From Eledone cirrhosa (taxonomy: Eukaryota): 64,000 nt of DNA. Position numbers and translations under genes: made by a program. The DNA lies in NCBI GenBank assembly GCA_964016885.1, contig OZ024749.1:50592001-50656000 (forward strand), read 5' to 3'. Shown here piece by piece: positions 13,373-26,925 of the stretch; the stretch's first letter is position 1; each line of letters opens with the position of its first letter. The notes beneath the pieces were generated by a model. That model saw nothing but the letters and a program-made list of their open reading frames with translations. It was not told the DNA's origin and made no database searches.

Positions 13373-13540
13373 TAAGCTTTAATTAAACGGGGACGCTCTT
13401 TGGACTCAGGTTTCATTGGAATGCGGTCATCCAGCGATCTTGCTTCAGCGATGAAGCTTGCACTGTGAAAATGGATTCAGTTAATGTATACATATATATA
13501 TATGCTGTGTTGGTTTATGTGTCTATGTGTGTACGTGTAT

Positions 13541-13743
13541 CGGTGGTTTGGCAGTACCGGTAGAGGGTCGGACGCCATGCTTTGACGCATTGAGTTACGG
13601 CCGTTGCCATTCAAATCCCGTTCAAATCCCGTTCAAATCCCGCCGAAGTTAACTTTGCCTTTCATCCTTACGCGGTCGATAAAATAAAGTACCAGTAATA
13701 CACTGGGGTAATAGCTGGTCTTGTGCCAAACGTAGAAACAATT
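13541..13743 (+). mobile_element. SINE, main family, with triplicated B box
   Basis: TTCAAATCCCG x3 at 13610-13642. Confidence 0.9.
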
Positions 13744-14157
13744 ATTTTAATGTGTGTGTATGTTATAGTAAAGTATATATTAGATCCAGATGACTGAGAG
13801 ATCTCAATGTCAAAGCAAAAACCGCAGATATTTTCAATACTCTGTAGACTAACATAAACGAGTAGTAAGTCCTGAAGAACAATTAAGAGGATCTATTGTC
13901 AGTTAGATAGGTTTGCAAGACAAACAAATGTTTTAGTCTTCGGGGATATCCTTCTGATTATTCTCATAATAACAATGACAATGATTTTAATTATTGGCAC
14001 AAAACTACAAATATATTGTTGGAGGTGAACGGTCGGTCATATCAATCACAATTTATTGATGTGTATTTATTTAAGTATCCTGGACGAAGGAAATTCAAAG
14101 TCGGTGTTAATGATAACCATAAAGTAGGCACAACACAACAAATGGTCTCTCTCTCTC

Positions 14158-14189
<32 letters not shown>

Positions 14190-14196
<7 letters not shown>

Positions 14197-14400
14197 TAAA
14201 ACATGTCTATAGAATCACCAGATAAAATATATACCATTTCCTCCCACAATTAGCATAATTAACCATATAAAAAATCGAATAGACCAGGCTACAAGAATAA
14301 GGCTTCGATGAAGAAATCTCCAACAAAAACCGAAACTAGCCCTTCGCGTCGGCTGCGACGGAATATTTATCGAATATTTCGACAGCGTAATCGCCCTGAT
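14190..14400. mobile_element. Family G element next to (TA)n
   Basis: High similarity to 49711-49880. Confidence 0.7.
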
Positions 14401-14532
14401 ATACAATCAATTAAACAGAATTAGGTGTAAAATAAACTAGGAGAAAAGAGAATACATTTATTTACCTCGACCATGGTTTCGTCCGCATTTTGAGATTTCC
14501 AATAACTTCGGAAACTCGATATATATATATAT

Positions 14533-14740
14533 AACGAAGGAATTGTGGTAAGGAACCAGATGGACCATAACGCACCAGAGTAGTCAATACTTAGGGTAGT
14601 AGAGTGGGAAATAGGAAAAAGTATGACTCCGACGACAGAGCTCAAGTTTCGACGGCTATTTCTGGACTAAATTCTAATTTAGTCCAGAAATAGCCGTCGA
14701 AACAGCTTGAGCTCTGCCGTCGAGGTCATACACTTTCCTA
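14533..14740 (-). mobile_element. Family A fold-back element
   Basis: Arms ~14611-14673/14676-14740, (TA)n on both sides. Confidence 0.85.
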
Positions 14741-14881
14741 TATATATATATATATATATAATAACTAGAAATTGATTAACATATATATAAACATGAATAA
14801 TCACAGGAGATAATTTTTACAAGTGTGTAACCACACAAAGCAATTTTTCTTAATTTTGGATATAGATATATATAGATATAT

Positions 14882-14948
<67 letters not shown>

Positions 14949-15185
14949 GTGAAGCGAAGAATGACTTCCTTGTTGGTTGGCATCTTTTAATAGTCCAAAG
15001 CTGTACAGTAAGTCTTTACTGATATTAGTTCTGTTGAATCATTATTGAAATTAGTTCTAGTATGTTTTTATTGACTTCGGTACAGAAGCTTAAGCTTTTG
15101 CTAACATTCTGTGCATGTTATAGGCCATTATAAGGGGCAATGTTTAATGCTCCTACAATATATACCTATTATGTTATTTAACTAA

Positions 15186-15372
15186 GGGAGGTGGATTGGC
15201 AGTATCGGTAGAGGGTTGGACGCCATGCTTTGCAGCACAGTTACGTCTCTTTACGGACTGAGTTCAAATCCCGCCGAGGTTAACTTTGCCTTTCATCGTT
15301 CAGGGGTCGATAAAATAAAGTACCAGTAATACACTGGGATAATTGCTGGCCTTGTGCCCAAAGTAGAAACAA
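15186..15372 (+). mobile_element. SINE with 18-bp TSD
   Basis: ATTATGTTATTTAACTAA at 15168-15185 and 15372-15389. Confidence 0.93.
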
Positions 15373-16883
15373 TTATGTTATTTAACTAATGCTCAGTCAA
15401 CTAACAACTAAGTTCGAGGAGACTAACGCCTTTATATATGTTCGTTTCTCTTGTTCATAAATTAAGATGTACTCTTTACTGTCTGAAAATACGAAGAACA
15501 TATTAAGGATATACTGTTCAATGTGGTTCTCGGTTTAATGTTTTTGAAAAGAAAGATTATCGGATTTTGCCACAGCTGGAACATCATTGATCACAAGTCC
15601 TCTTGATGAAAGATAAACTGAAAAGTAATTCACCAAATAACTACAACCAGCTGGATGTTTCCCTAAATGACGACATTGTTGTTGTACATTGAGTATGTGT
15701 GCTATTCATTTATTTTCTAATTCTGTTTTCTTATGTATCATTAACTCGTTCCAACAAGGTATCATGTACGTCGTCGCTCGATCTACTATAAATAATTGCC
15801 AATTTGACTCAATTCCTGCACCTACCATTTCAAAGATAACGGATTTGAGAATGTAGTTTGGTTTACACAATATTTGAAAACAACGTTGAGCTGGGATTAA
15901 CAAATAATATCAAAGAACAAAAGATGTTTGATTCATACCTCTCTAGATTTTCTCTTCAACAATACTGCGCATCTCCTTGTCAAGTATTTTTTTTTTATCA
16001 TAGCTTATCGCCGACTCAGATTATGAGAGACACTAGAGACCTTCTGTAAGAATTGTTCCTTTTTTGATGAGTTTCAAACTGTCGCCTAGGATTATACCAC
16101 TGCCTGGGTATTGGGTGCAGTGTGGCAAGTAATAGTGTTTCTTCCTATGTCATTTTCTTAGATATTAGCAAAACCTCGGCAAACGTCATAGACTCTATTG
16201 TTTGCAATTCGACGAAGAAATTCAGACAAATCAGCAAGAAACAAACATAGCAATGTAATTCAGTTTTGATCTACAATTGTTTGACCAGAATTTATAAAAT
16301 AATGTAGAAGATGTCTGAAATATTTCAACTTATTTCATGTTCCAACAGAAATATCTCCATTTATTAAAATTGAAATTTTAATATTATTTTGGTCTTCTAT
16401 CTGTCTAATTCTACCTTAAGGATTATCATGCCATGCATATTTACACCACCAAAACTCAATCATAATGCATGCATTTTAAGTTCCATTACTGATAATTAAA
16501 ATCCAGCAAATAATTAACCTAGAAGGCCAAGAAGAAATGAATGAGCGACTCGCAAATGATAGCCATTAGCTAAACACATAAATACACACACATGCATAGA
16601 AACATTTATACCCATAAACGCTAATTAATTTTTAACTACATTTACACTCCTAATTTAAGCATTAACATACTTGAATATTAGAAGACATCATCTTGACATT
16701 GATTTCCTGCATGAAAATAAATGCACTTTAAAACATAATTCAGTCTCACCACAAATAACACATCTTTACCTAAAATATGTCTGACTTTAAGATTTCGGCC
16801 CAGTGGATGATAAGATGTTTAATTCAAGATTAACATAACAATCTCTACAGTAATATTTTATCTCTGATAAAAGAATGGCAAAT

Positions 16884-17070
16884 AATTGTTTCTACTTTTG
16901 GCACAAGGCCAGCAATTACCCAGTACATTACTGGTACTTTAGATTATCGACCCCGTAAGGATGAAAGGCAAAGTTAACCTCGGCGGGATTTGAAATCAGA
17001 TCATAAAGGGACATAGCTATGCTAGAAAGCATATCCGACCCTCTACCGATACTGCCAATTCACCGCCCTT
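16884..17070 (-). mobile_element. SINE, main family
   Basis: Consensus match; TGGCAAATAAT duplicated on both flanks. Confidence 0.9.
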
Positions 17071-17220
17071 GGCAAATAATGGCAAATAATATTGTCTCAT
17101 CACAGATGTATGTCTTTCCACTACGTTAGTGGAAGTTTGTGTTAACATCTGGCGTTTTGCGGCCCCCTCGCTCAAAACCTAACAACTATATATCCTATCT
17201 ACGAATTGTTATATAGGTAG

Positions 17221-17533
17221 CTATCTATCTATCTATTTATCTATCTATGGTCTATGGTCCCGTAACCCCTGATATAGTCGTATGGTCGCTGTATTGACAT
17301 ATGGCGTTTCCTGGGCATTTTGAGCCTAGCAGAGCCCATCCCTCTCCAGCCCTGAGTACAGCAGATTTTTTCCAGGGAGGTAAGAATCGACCCCAGTACT
17401 AGACTGGTACTTTTTATCGACCTCGAAACGATGAAAGGCAAATTTGCCCTCGGTGGTATTTGAACTTCGAGAGCAGAGAGCCGCATCGAATAACATAAAG
17501 CATTCTCTCCGACGTTCTAACGACTCTGCCAAT
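17221..17533 (-). mobile_element. SINE, alternative-tail family
   Basis: Homologous to 7364-7740; ends in (GATA)n. Confidence 0.8.
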
Positions 17534-18260
17534 TGGTATTTTAAAAGGCTTTGTACATTCTATTTAATTGTTGTCTACACTTAATCTGGGTTAGTGACAA
17601 CAATATTATAAATATCGGAAATGATAGAGTAACACATCCTTTTTGACGCTCTAAAGATTTTGATATTCCAATGTTTTCAAAGGCTACTGTACTTATAAAT
17701 GTATATGATGACCTCTACGGGATTTGTTCACAGAATCAGAAGAATGGTATTAAATACCGCAATGCATTAACGTTTGCAGCAATTCACCACAGAATGCTTA
17801 AAATAATATTAGTCACTGAGCTAATGTGATCTTTAACTCTACGCATAATTATTTCAAAATATATATTTGATGATGACTACTTCAATTATATTGGCAATAG
17901 TTTGACTTTTGATCTTCAAGCGTAAGGTTATTTACGTTTTTAAATGTATTTAGTAAACCATCAAAGGTTTCACCGCAAAGAATGTTTGAAACTAGACAGC
18001 CCCATGTTGATACAACACGAAGTAAGAATATTTGGTCTCAGTAAATATTCAAATATTGCCTCATTTTTGTTCATAAATATCCAAAGGATGCTGATTCTAA
18101 TTATTACAATTACTTAATGTGTTAAGTATGTATAGTATTAGATGGAAGTGGATTTCAAAGTGGGTTTCTCTGTGCGTGATTGTGCGGGTTTGACCGTGTC
18201 TGTGCGTGTCTGTGTGTGAGTGTCTAGATGTGTGCCTGACATCTCTCACCCTAACACACG

Positions 18261-18296
<36 letters not shown>

Positions 18297-18376
18297 TTTC
18301 GTTGAAGTATGTTAAGACAATTTTCCAATAACTGTAATCCACCATTACACTTATACACCATTATTTATGTCTAATT

Positions 18377-18562
18377 GGCGGTGGATTGGCAGTATCGGTA
18401 GAGGGTCGGACGCCATGTTTTCCAGCATAGTTACGTCCCTTTACGATCTGAGTTCAAATCCCGCCGAGGTTGACTTTGCCTTTCATCCTTACGGGATCGA
18501 TAAAATAAAGTACCAGTAATGCATTGGGTAATTGCTGGGCTTGTGCCTAAAGTAGAAACAAT
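18377..18562 (+). mobile_element. SINE, main family
   Basis: Consensus match; ATTATTTAT(G/T)TCTAAT flanking duplication. Confidence 0.92.
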
Positions 18563-18590
18563 TATTTATTTCTAATGTGGGTTTATTTCT

Positions 18591-18780
18591 AAGGGAGGTG
18601 AATTGGCAGTATCGGTAGAGGGTCGGACGCCATTCTTTGCAGCACAGATACGTCCCTTTATGGTCTGAGTTCAAATCCCGCCGAGGTTAACTTTGCCTTT
18701 CATCCTTACGGGGTCGATAAGATAAGGTACCAGTAATACACTGGGATATTTGCTGGCCTTGTGCCAAAACTAGAAACAAT
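18591..18780 (+). mobile_element. SINE, main family
   Basis: Consensus match; TTTATTTCTAA flanking duplication. Confidence 0.92.
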
Positions 18781-18838
18781 TATTTATTTCTAATGTTCGC
18801 TTGTGTTATTGTTCGTTGCTGGTCTTTCATGTATGTAG

Positions 18839-18908
<70 letters not shown>

Positions 18909-18926
18909 AGATAGATAGATAGATGT

Positions 18927-18974
<48 letters not shown>

Positions 18975-20271
18975 GAAAGACCAGCAAAAAACAATAACAC
19001 AAGCGAACATTAGAAATAAATAATGGTGTATAAGTGTAATGGTGGATTACACTTATTGTATTGGAAAATTGTCTTATATATATATATATATACATGACGT
19101 CGAATGCTTGAAGTGAATTGCATCCTTATATCCTGTGGTACTAAGACAGGGGTGACTATTAATCATGGGAGTAGTCAGTGCCTGGAGAGATGCAGAGTGG
19201 CACGAAACGGCTTTTACTTGGCACCGCCGTTGGGAGGTTACCTATATATATATATAATAAAAAGGACGATTTGATATGCCTTCATTACGTTTATTGAGTA
19301 GTATATACAAGCACGTCTAAAATATCTAATACGTCTTTCCTTTGTAAAATGTTAAAGCGCTATGTGGTTATTTTTATAAAGTATATGACCATTGATTATA
19401 TCACAGAGCAACTTATCATTTTTGTAGTACCAGTATATGAATTATGATATCTAGATTTTTAATTCTGCATTTCTTTCATATCCAGCCATTATTTGTTTTG
19501 TCATTTTTTAGATTCATTCCCCGAATAACTTCTGTTAATTTTCATTATAAATTGAAAGTTCTCATGATACCCAAACGAACACAAAATGCGCCATCGGTGA
19601 GAATGTTTTAAACATAAAATCTTGACTGTTAATTGATGTATGCGAATACGATCGTAAATTTCTCCGATAGTGTCAAACGGTTGATAGACGACCAGACGAT
19701 AAGGAATCTATAGTGAGATTTTAAGTTATAATTGAAGCTGAAATGACAGCGAGAAAATGACTTCAACGAAGCTGTGGGAAAACTACATAATGGCAAGGTA
19801 ACATAAAAAAATCGCAAAGAATAATATTTTATTCAAGATTGAAAACACTGACATGACATAAAACTAGAGGTATTATATATATCATGACTAAGAATTTCTA
19901 CAAATGTTGCACAAGTTACCTTCACCAGACAATAGAGAATCCAACAAAATTCAGATTAATACACAGACACTTTGAAAGAAGGATACACAGAGGTGCCAAA
20001 TATGTGCGAGAGCGCAGGTGAAACTAAAGAGTAGCAAAGCTCACACATAGAGGCTCAATGTATGTTTAAACTTTACTACAGTATTGAGTGTATTTTACAA
20101 CTCGATCGATAGATATATATATATATATATATATAATAGCAATAATAATATTTATACTTATATATATAATCTATATACAATTATAAATAAGATAAGGGTA
20201 ATATGTAGTATTACCCAGTAAGAAAATTAGCTCAACGTAAAATATCAATGTATATATATATATATATATAT

Positions 20272-20668
20272 ATATACAATATATTAACAAATGGAAACTA
20301 TATTTATAAAACCATATTTATTTTATTATACATATTTCAAGGGCCACCAAGGCAAATTATGGTGCGCTTTCATCAGATAAAATACAATACAGGAAGCTCC
20401 AACCGTTAAGGTTGTCTTTTTTTAGGGTATGTCAATATTTACTTATAAAACTAATCTGTATTGTATTTTATCTGATGAAAGCGCACCATAATTTGCCTTG
20501 GTGTCCCTTGAAATATGTATAATAAAATAAATATGGTTTTATAAATATAGTTTCCATTTGTTAATATATTGTATATTTACTCCACTAATTGTTGAGTGCT
20601 TTATATCAGTTATAAAAAAAAAAAATTTAAGCTTGTTGAATCCCAACAAATTAAATATAACCTCTGCA
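20272..20668 (+). mobile_element. Family D fold-back Penelope-like end
   Basis: 121-bp arms 20272-20392/20456-20576, 63-nt spacer, tail into (TA)n. Confidence 0.85.
20464..20529 (+). ncRNA. Minimal type I hammerhead ribozyme
   Basis: TATTTTAT-CTGATGA-AAGCGCACCA..TGGTGTCCCTT-GAAA-TATGTA-TA-ATAAAATA with 8-bp stem I; inverted copy at 20319-20384. Confidence 0.85.
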
Positions 20669-20669
20669 T

Positions 20670-20767
<98 letters not shown>

Positions 20768-20807
20768 GATATTAAACAAATGGAAACTATATTTATAAAA
20801 CCATATT

Positions 20808-20873
20808 TATTTCGTTATATATATTTCTGGGATATCATATTAAAAATATGGTATGCCTTCCTCAGACAAAATA
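20808..20873 (-). ncRNA. Hammerhead ribozyme, diverged family D copy
   Basis: Minus strand: TATTTTGT-CTGAGGA-..-GAAA-TATATA-TA-ACGAAATA; compensatory A-U to G-C change in stem I. Confidence 0.75.
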
Positions 20874-20906
20874 CAATACATAAGCTGTTTTATAAATAAT
20901 TTTGAC

Positions 20907-20974
<68 letters not shown>

Positions 20975-21354
20975 CGTATGCAGGATGCATTTTCTGACCG
21001 GATGTCGACCACTTAAGACTGGTATGAAGGAAACCGAAATATATTTATTTATTTATATTAAGATATGAGTCTCGTTTTGTGATCAGGAATATATTATGCT
21101 TTGTATACCGTATTGTATATATCATGAACCTATATGATTGCATAATTATGTTTACGTATCATGTATCAATAACTAATTATACCGAGATATTTATTGATTT
21201 ATATAAGCTCAGTTTTCGTTTGAATTAGGTTTTAATTTTCATATGAATTTGATTTAAAAAGACTCTGGATGATGGAAATAAATAGTATTAAGTTGGGTTT
21301 GATAGCTTCTTTTTGTCAGCGTAACCCAGACACATACGTGAACATTATCATAAC

Positions 21355-21570
21355 AGGCACAAGGCCAGCAATTACCCAGTGTATTACTGGTACTTTATTT
21401 TATCGACCCCGTAAGGATAAAAGGCAAAGTCAACCTCGGCAGGATTTGAAGCCATTCTGAGTTCAAATCCTGCCGAGGTTGACTTTGCCTTTCATCCTTA
21501 CGGGGTCGATAAAATAAAGTACCAGTAATACACTGGGTAATTGCTGGCCTTGTGCCTAAAGTAGAAACAA
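21355..21570 (+). mobile_element. SINE with 5' inverted duplication (hairpin) and TSD
   Basis: 96-bp arms 21355-21450/21462-21557; TSD ATTATCATAACAGG at 21344-21357 and 21570-21583. Confidence 0.92.
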
Positions 21571-22043
21571 TTATCATAACAGGACACTATTCTTCGCGTT
21601 GCATATCTCCTTCAGATTTTCGATTTAAACTTTAGATATTTGTTAACCTAAACTTTAGATATTTGTTAACCTATGTCAATTTATTACTTTTTTCTTCTCT
21701 CGCGAGATGTCACGATCATTGTTCAAAGCTTGCTGGAGAATGAAGTGAAATATATATCGTAATATAGTTATGTCGAAACGCCGTTCAGTTCGAAACGCCG
21801 TTCAGTTCGAAATGCATCAACGATTGTCCCCTTTGCTTCTGCTGGACACCGCTGGGTGGCGTTAGCTGCCAGTGTTTTTGCATAGCTACGGCTATTCTAG
21901 ATGTTTATATATAAACATACATTATTTCTTTAGAAATACGAAATTCAAATACATATCTGTGTACAGCTATTTTCGAAGCTAAATTCTAATTATATTATAT
22001 ATATATATATATATATGTGTATGTGTATATGTATGTATGTATG

Positions 22044-22075
<32 letters not shown>

Positions 22076-22740
22076 AACGTACATAAACGCATATATATAT
22101 ACATATGTATACATGAATATCTACACAGACACACACATATATATATACACACGCGCACATACACACACACACACACATACACACACACATATATATATAT
22201 ATATACGTATACTTATGTATATATATATATATAAATATATATATATAAATATATATACATATATATATATATATGGGGAGTGTTATATAAAATTCTATTT
22301 GATCTAATCGAAGAAGCGACAAATCTGAATATTAGATTAATTTAAATTTGAATTATGGATACCGTGTGTAGATAAAAATATTTATTATTCTCAGTTTGAT
22401 TATATATTTAATCTGATCTTCGAAAAGGTCACAATTAAGCTCTGTTAATAGATGCTAAGGAGAATATGGGTACATCTTCGATAATGTGTCAAAATCGTAT
22501 GGTAACTAAACTGGTGGATATGTTTCATAAACCATACTAGTCGTCCTTCTTAGCGCTGTTAATTACGTATAGGTAGTAAATAGAAGAAGGCACAATTGTC
22601 TGGTCAAGCAAATTTATTCGCAAATAAGTGATGCTGAGTGATACGCCAGTTCAGACCACGTTGGTTTTCTACTATATCGAATGCTTTCCTAGAGAAAAAT
22701 ACATACATATGCACACACACATACATACATGCATACATCG

Positions 22741-22834
<94 letters not shown>

Positions 22835-22837
22835 ATA

Positions 22838-22986
22838 TATAGAAAGGCTTCTACAGGACTGGAACTGTTTCATTCGGGAGAAATCATCAGAGGCTTCCTG
22901 ATGATTTCTCCCGAATGAAACAGTTCTAGTCCTGTAGATGCCTTTCTATATTAAATATTTATACCCTATTGAAACCGGGATAAACT
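22838..22986 (+). mobile_element. Family E fold-back element
   Basis: Arms ~22838-22890/22898-22951; loop AGGCTTC. Confidence 0.85.
22891..22943 (+). ncRNA. Type I hammerhead ribozyme (family E)
   Basis: AGGCTTC-CTGATGA-TTTC(TCCC)GAAT-GAAA-CAG(TTCTAGTC)CTG-TA-GATGCCT; GUA cleavage triplet, short stem II. Confidence 0.75.
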
Positions 22987-23004
22987 TATATATATATATG
23001 GCGA

Positions 23005-23372
23005 TGGTGATGGTGTTGATAGTGATGGTGGTGTGGTTAAATGTGCTAGGCAGTTAGTGATGCTGCTGCTGGTAGTATTAGAGTTAGTGGTGGCGGTGTT
23101 GTTGGTGGTAGTAGCAGTGCAGGTGCTGGTGGTGGGGCTTGTGTTATTTGTGGCGGTGGTGGTGGAGCTTGTGTTAGTGGTGGTTGTGGGTGTGATGGTA
23201 GAGGCAGTGCTGGTGGTGAGGTTTATGTTCATGGTGACGGTGTTGGTGGTGGTAATGGCAGTGCTAGTATTGGTGGTGGGGCTTGTGTTATTTGTGTTCG
23301 TAGTGGTAGTGGCAGTGTTGGTGCTGTTGGTGGGGTTTGTGTTAGTGGTGGTGGTGGTGGTGGTGCTGGCTG
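23005..23372. repeat. Degenerate (GGT/GTT)n trinucleotide tract
   Basis: Visible periodicity; gives spurious poly-V and poly-T ORFs. Confidence 0.9.
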
Positions 23373-23871
23373 TAGTTTGTTTTCTGCATTTGAGCATATA
23401 TTCCATAACAGATATTTTTTTATACGTAGAAACTAAATTGACCAATGAGTCTTTCATTTTGGAGGAAACCTCACAGAGGTTTCAACGGTGATCTATTGTT
23501 AACTTTTACATAGTAGTTTATATCTTTTAGTTTCTTTTGTTGTCAATGGTATTATGACTGCTACATTAGTTTATATTACTTGACATTTTACTATCATGAT
23601 GTATATCCTACATATGTTACAGTTCACAATATACTATCGTCTAGGTGGTGTGATTCGCAGCCATCTTTGAGCTGTTAGGAATAAAGGTGGAAAATCATTT
23701 TAAATTCAGCCTGTTGAAGTGTATCCCACATCACAAATCAAATTAGACTTTTGCAGTCAATTACCTGTAAGATGTAAACTCGAAATTGCAGCTCCCAGCT
23801 TTCTTACTAGTGTGATATATCAAATACTTGTGAACACAAAACTACAAGTCTACCTTCACTAGACCTGCAAT

Positions 23872-24075
23872 AATTGTTTCTACTATTGTTGCAAGGCCAG
23901 AACGTTTTAGTATAAGAGAATGTCTATTAAATTGATCTCAGTGTGTTACTGGTACTATATGTATTTTCTACACGTACAATAATTGTTTTTAGATCTGGCA
24001 CAAGGCCAACAAGTTTAAATATTGGATAAGTTTTATTAAATTGACCCAGTGTGTTATTGGTACTTTATTTATTCA
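23872..24075 (-). mobile_element. Two degenerate SINE 3' halves
   Basis: AATTGTTT..CAAGGCCA..CAGTGTGTTA(C/T)TGGTACT occurs twice. Confidence 0.6.
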
Positions 24076-24359
24076 CTACAAGTGCAATAATAATTGTAAA
24101 CCATTGACGTCTTCCAACAGTCCTCCATATTCGTGATAATGTATATAAATCAAAGCTGACTAATTATTCAATGATTTATTTAACTACGTCTTCTCTATAC
24201 ACAGGCTATTCTATTAGTAAAAGACATATATGTATTTAATGAAATAAAGGTTTGGTGGTCGTGTTTTTGTACATCGCAGGAAACACAATCATCAACTTAA
24301 TATAGAAAGGTATGTTGAATAATGATCTTACAGGTCTTGTATTAACTATTAACACTACA

Positions 24360-24402
<43 letters not shown>

Positions 24403-24597
24403 GTATGTATATTAAAATAACAGATTAAAGTTTAAGCAAAGAATCGCTGCCTTTCAGCCTTAATTTATATATATATATGTGTGTGCGTGTGTGTTTGTGT
24501 GAGTGTGTGTGTATACATTACTCTATAACTTCATCATATAACTTCATATATATATATATATACATATATATATTTATACAATAGTAATAATAGTAAT

Positions 24598-24789
24598 AAT
24601 TGTTTCTACTTTTGGCAAAAGGCCAGCAATTATCTCAGTGTATTACTGGTACTTTATTTTATCGACCCTGTAAGGATGAAAGGCAAAGTTAACCTCGGCG
24701 GGATTTGAACTCAGACGATAAAGGGCCGTAACTCTTTGCTGCAAAGCATGGCGTCCGACCCTCTACCGATACTGCCAATCCACCGCCCT
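24598..24789 (-). mobile_element. SINE, main family
   Basis: Consensus match; AATAGTAATAAT on both flanks. Confidence 0.92.
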
Positions 24790-24848
24790 ATATATAATAG
24801 TAATAATAATAAATGTGAAGACTAAAATTTGAAGAGGGCTCGATAAGG

Positions 24849-24919
<71 letters not shown>

Positions 24920-24936
24920 GGTATATATATATATGT

Positions 24937-24975
<39 letters not shown>

Positions 24976-24976
<1 letters not shown>

Positions 24977-25168
24977 CGAATGAAAAGTGGTAAGGAACCA
25001 GGTGGACCATAACGCACCAAAGTACTCAATACTTAGGGTAGTAGAGTGGGTAATAGGAGTAAGTAAGACCCCGACGGCTGAGCTCAAGCCGTTTCGACGG
25101 CTAATTCTGTACAGAATTAGCCGTCGAAACGGCTTGAGCTCAGCCGTCGGGGTCTTACTTACTCCTAT
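24976..25168 (-). mobile_element. Family A element with perfect 116-bp palindrome
   Basis: 25053-25110 is the exact reverse complement of 25111-25168. Confidence 0.9.
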
Positions 25169-25232
25169 ACATATATATATGTAGGTATATATATATATGT
25201 AGGTATATATATATATATATATATATATATGT

Positions 25233-25263
<31 letters not shown>

Positions 25264-26291
25264 ATGTGTGTGTGTGTGTGGGTATATATATATATATGAA
25301 GGTATATAATGAAGTTATAGAGTAATGTATACACAATGCCTGTGCATTGAGTGCTTGTTGTGGTACCGCCACCAGTAATACACTGAATCACGAAATATTA
25401 TGTTCGGCACTGTGTGTTTCCATATAAATGTATATATTGTGTATGAAATATATTCGTATACATATATAAGTGAGTTACTGTGATGGATATACTTTAAAAG
25501 TCAAAACAAACTATATCGTGAAATAGTAGACCATGCATCATATATGTTGTTCTAAGTTTGAGTATTTTGGACAGACTCCGTATTGTGAGTAATCGTAATA
25601 TTCTTAGCCTCGCATGTTTAACTGAAAACCATTTGAATATTTTATGCGATGTACAATAATTTATTCTTATGTACTTAGCTGTATTTTCCTGTTAGTATGT
25701 GAATATTTCTAAGTATATGCGTGCATATGATGTGATGTCAAAAGAAGAAAAAAAAGCAACTTTTTATACCATTGCTAACTTTTGAAAAGATATATGTCTT
25801 TTTAAAGATATGTTTCCATCAAATTGCAATTTCCTTATATGCTTCTTTAGATTCGTGATACTTTGAAATGTGTTTCTACTTTTGTGAAGTTGGAAATTAT
25901 TTGTACGCTATGATATTGGTTTTGAGTAAATGTATTCTCAACCAACATAGGAATTCATCCATGTAAATGGTTTGATGATTTAAAACCTATTAATAAAATG
26001 CCTTTCCGAATTATTCATAGAGTTAATATTTTTATAAATAATGGATTGGACATTTCGAGAGGTTGTTGACAATTAATTGTATATACTTAGATTAATATTA
26101 CTAACATATATTTTACAATAAATATTGTATAAAAAAGCTTGGTGCAATTTACGAAGCTATATGTGTGCTTTCTATAAGGAATAGACAAATATTTGTTCCC
26201 TTCATTCAATGTTTTCTACATAGTAAATAGTAGAGGGCTAGTGTATTAGAAAACATATTTCTCTAAGAAATAATCCCTATATAAGTGTATA

Positions 26292-26330
<39 letters not shown>

Positions 26331-26798
26331 ATCTAATATCCGTTCACTATAATAAATTTTGACTTCAGTAAATGGTATTGTTATATCTTCTAAGCCATCA
26401 AGGAGACCACTACGTAATCAGTCAAGCTGCTAGAAATATTGGACAAATCTCCCTCAAATCTCACACACCACAGAATTGAGAGTGTCATAAATGGTAAATA
26501 TCAGAGGACTTGATGCTATTAAAACATACCCTAATACCAAGAAAAAAACGAGTTCTATATTCTAAGTGTTAGTCAGCCTAACGTTCAGTCGATAGAGCGT
26601 TAGATAGGATGTATTGTGGCATAATTTCCGGCCATCAGCGCGTGGATATCAAATGTCACCGAGCTGAACTTTACCATTCATTCAATGTTATTGGATGAAG
26701 CAGATCGAATAATTCTGTGTCAGTCCAGTTATTCGGATAAATTTCCCTTCTCCCTTTTTCGCTCTCTTTCTCGTTCTATCACTTGCTCTCTTCCCACG

Positions 26799-26848
<50 letters not shown>

Positions 26849-26856
26849 ATATAAAT

Positions 26857-26925
<69 letters not shown>

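Larger units (their letters stand above)
18312..19078. repeat. Large palindrome with microsatellite centre, left arm split by two SINEs
   Basis: 18312-18375 plus 18780-18834 is the reverse complement of ~18970-19078. Confidence 0.85.

Noticed and set aside
13385-13480. Possible minus-strand exon after TTTTCACAG, or a hammerhead
   Set aside because: No recognisable protein or donor site before the TA tract; the hammerhead core has an insertion and no stem I.
22966-23491. Mucin-like Thr-rich or Val-rich ORF
   Set aside because: Degenerate (GGT)n repeat; the frame runs into a TA tract and a family E element.
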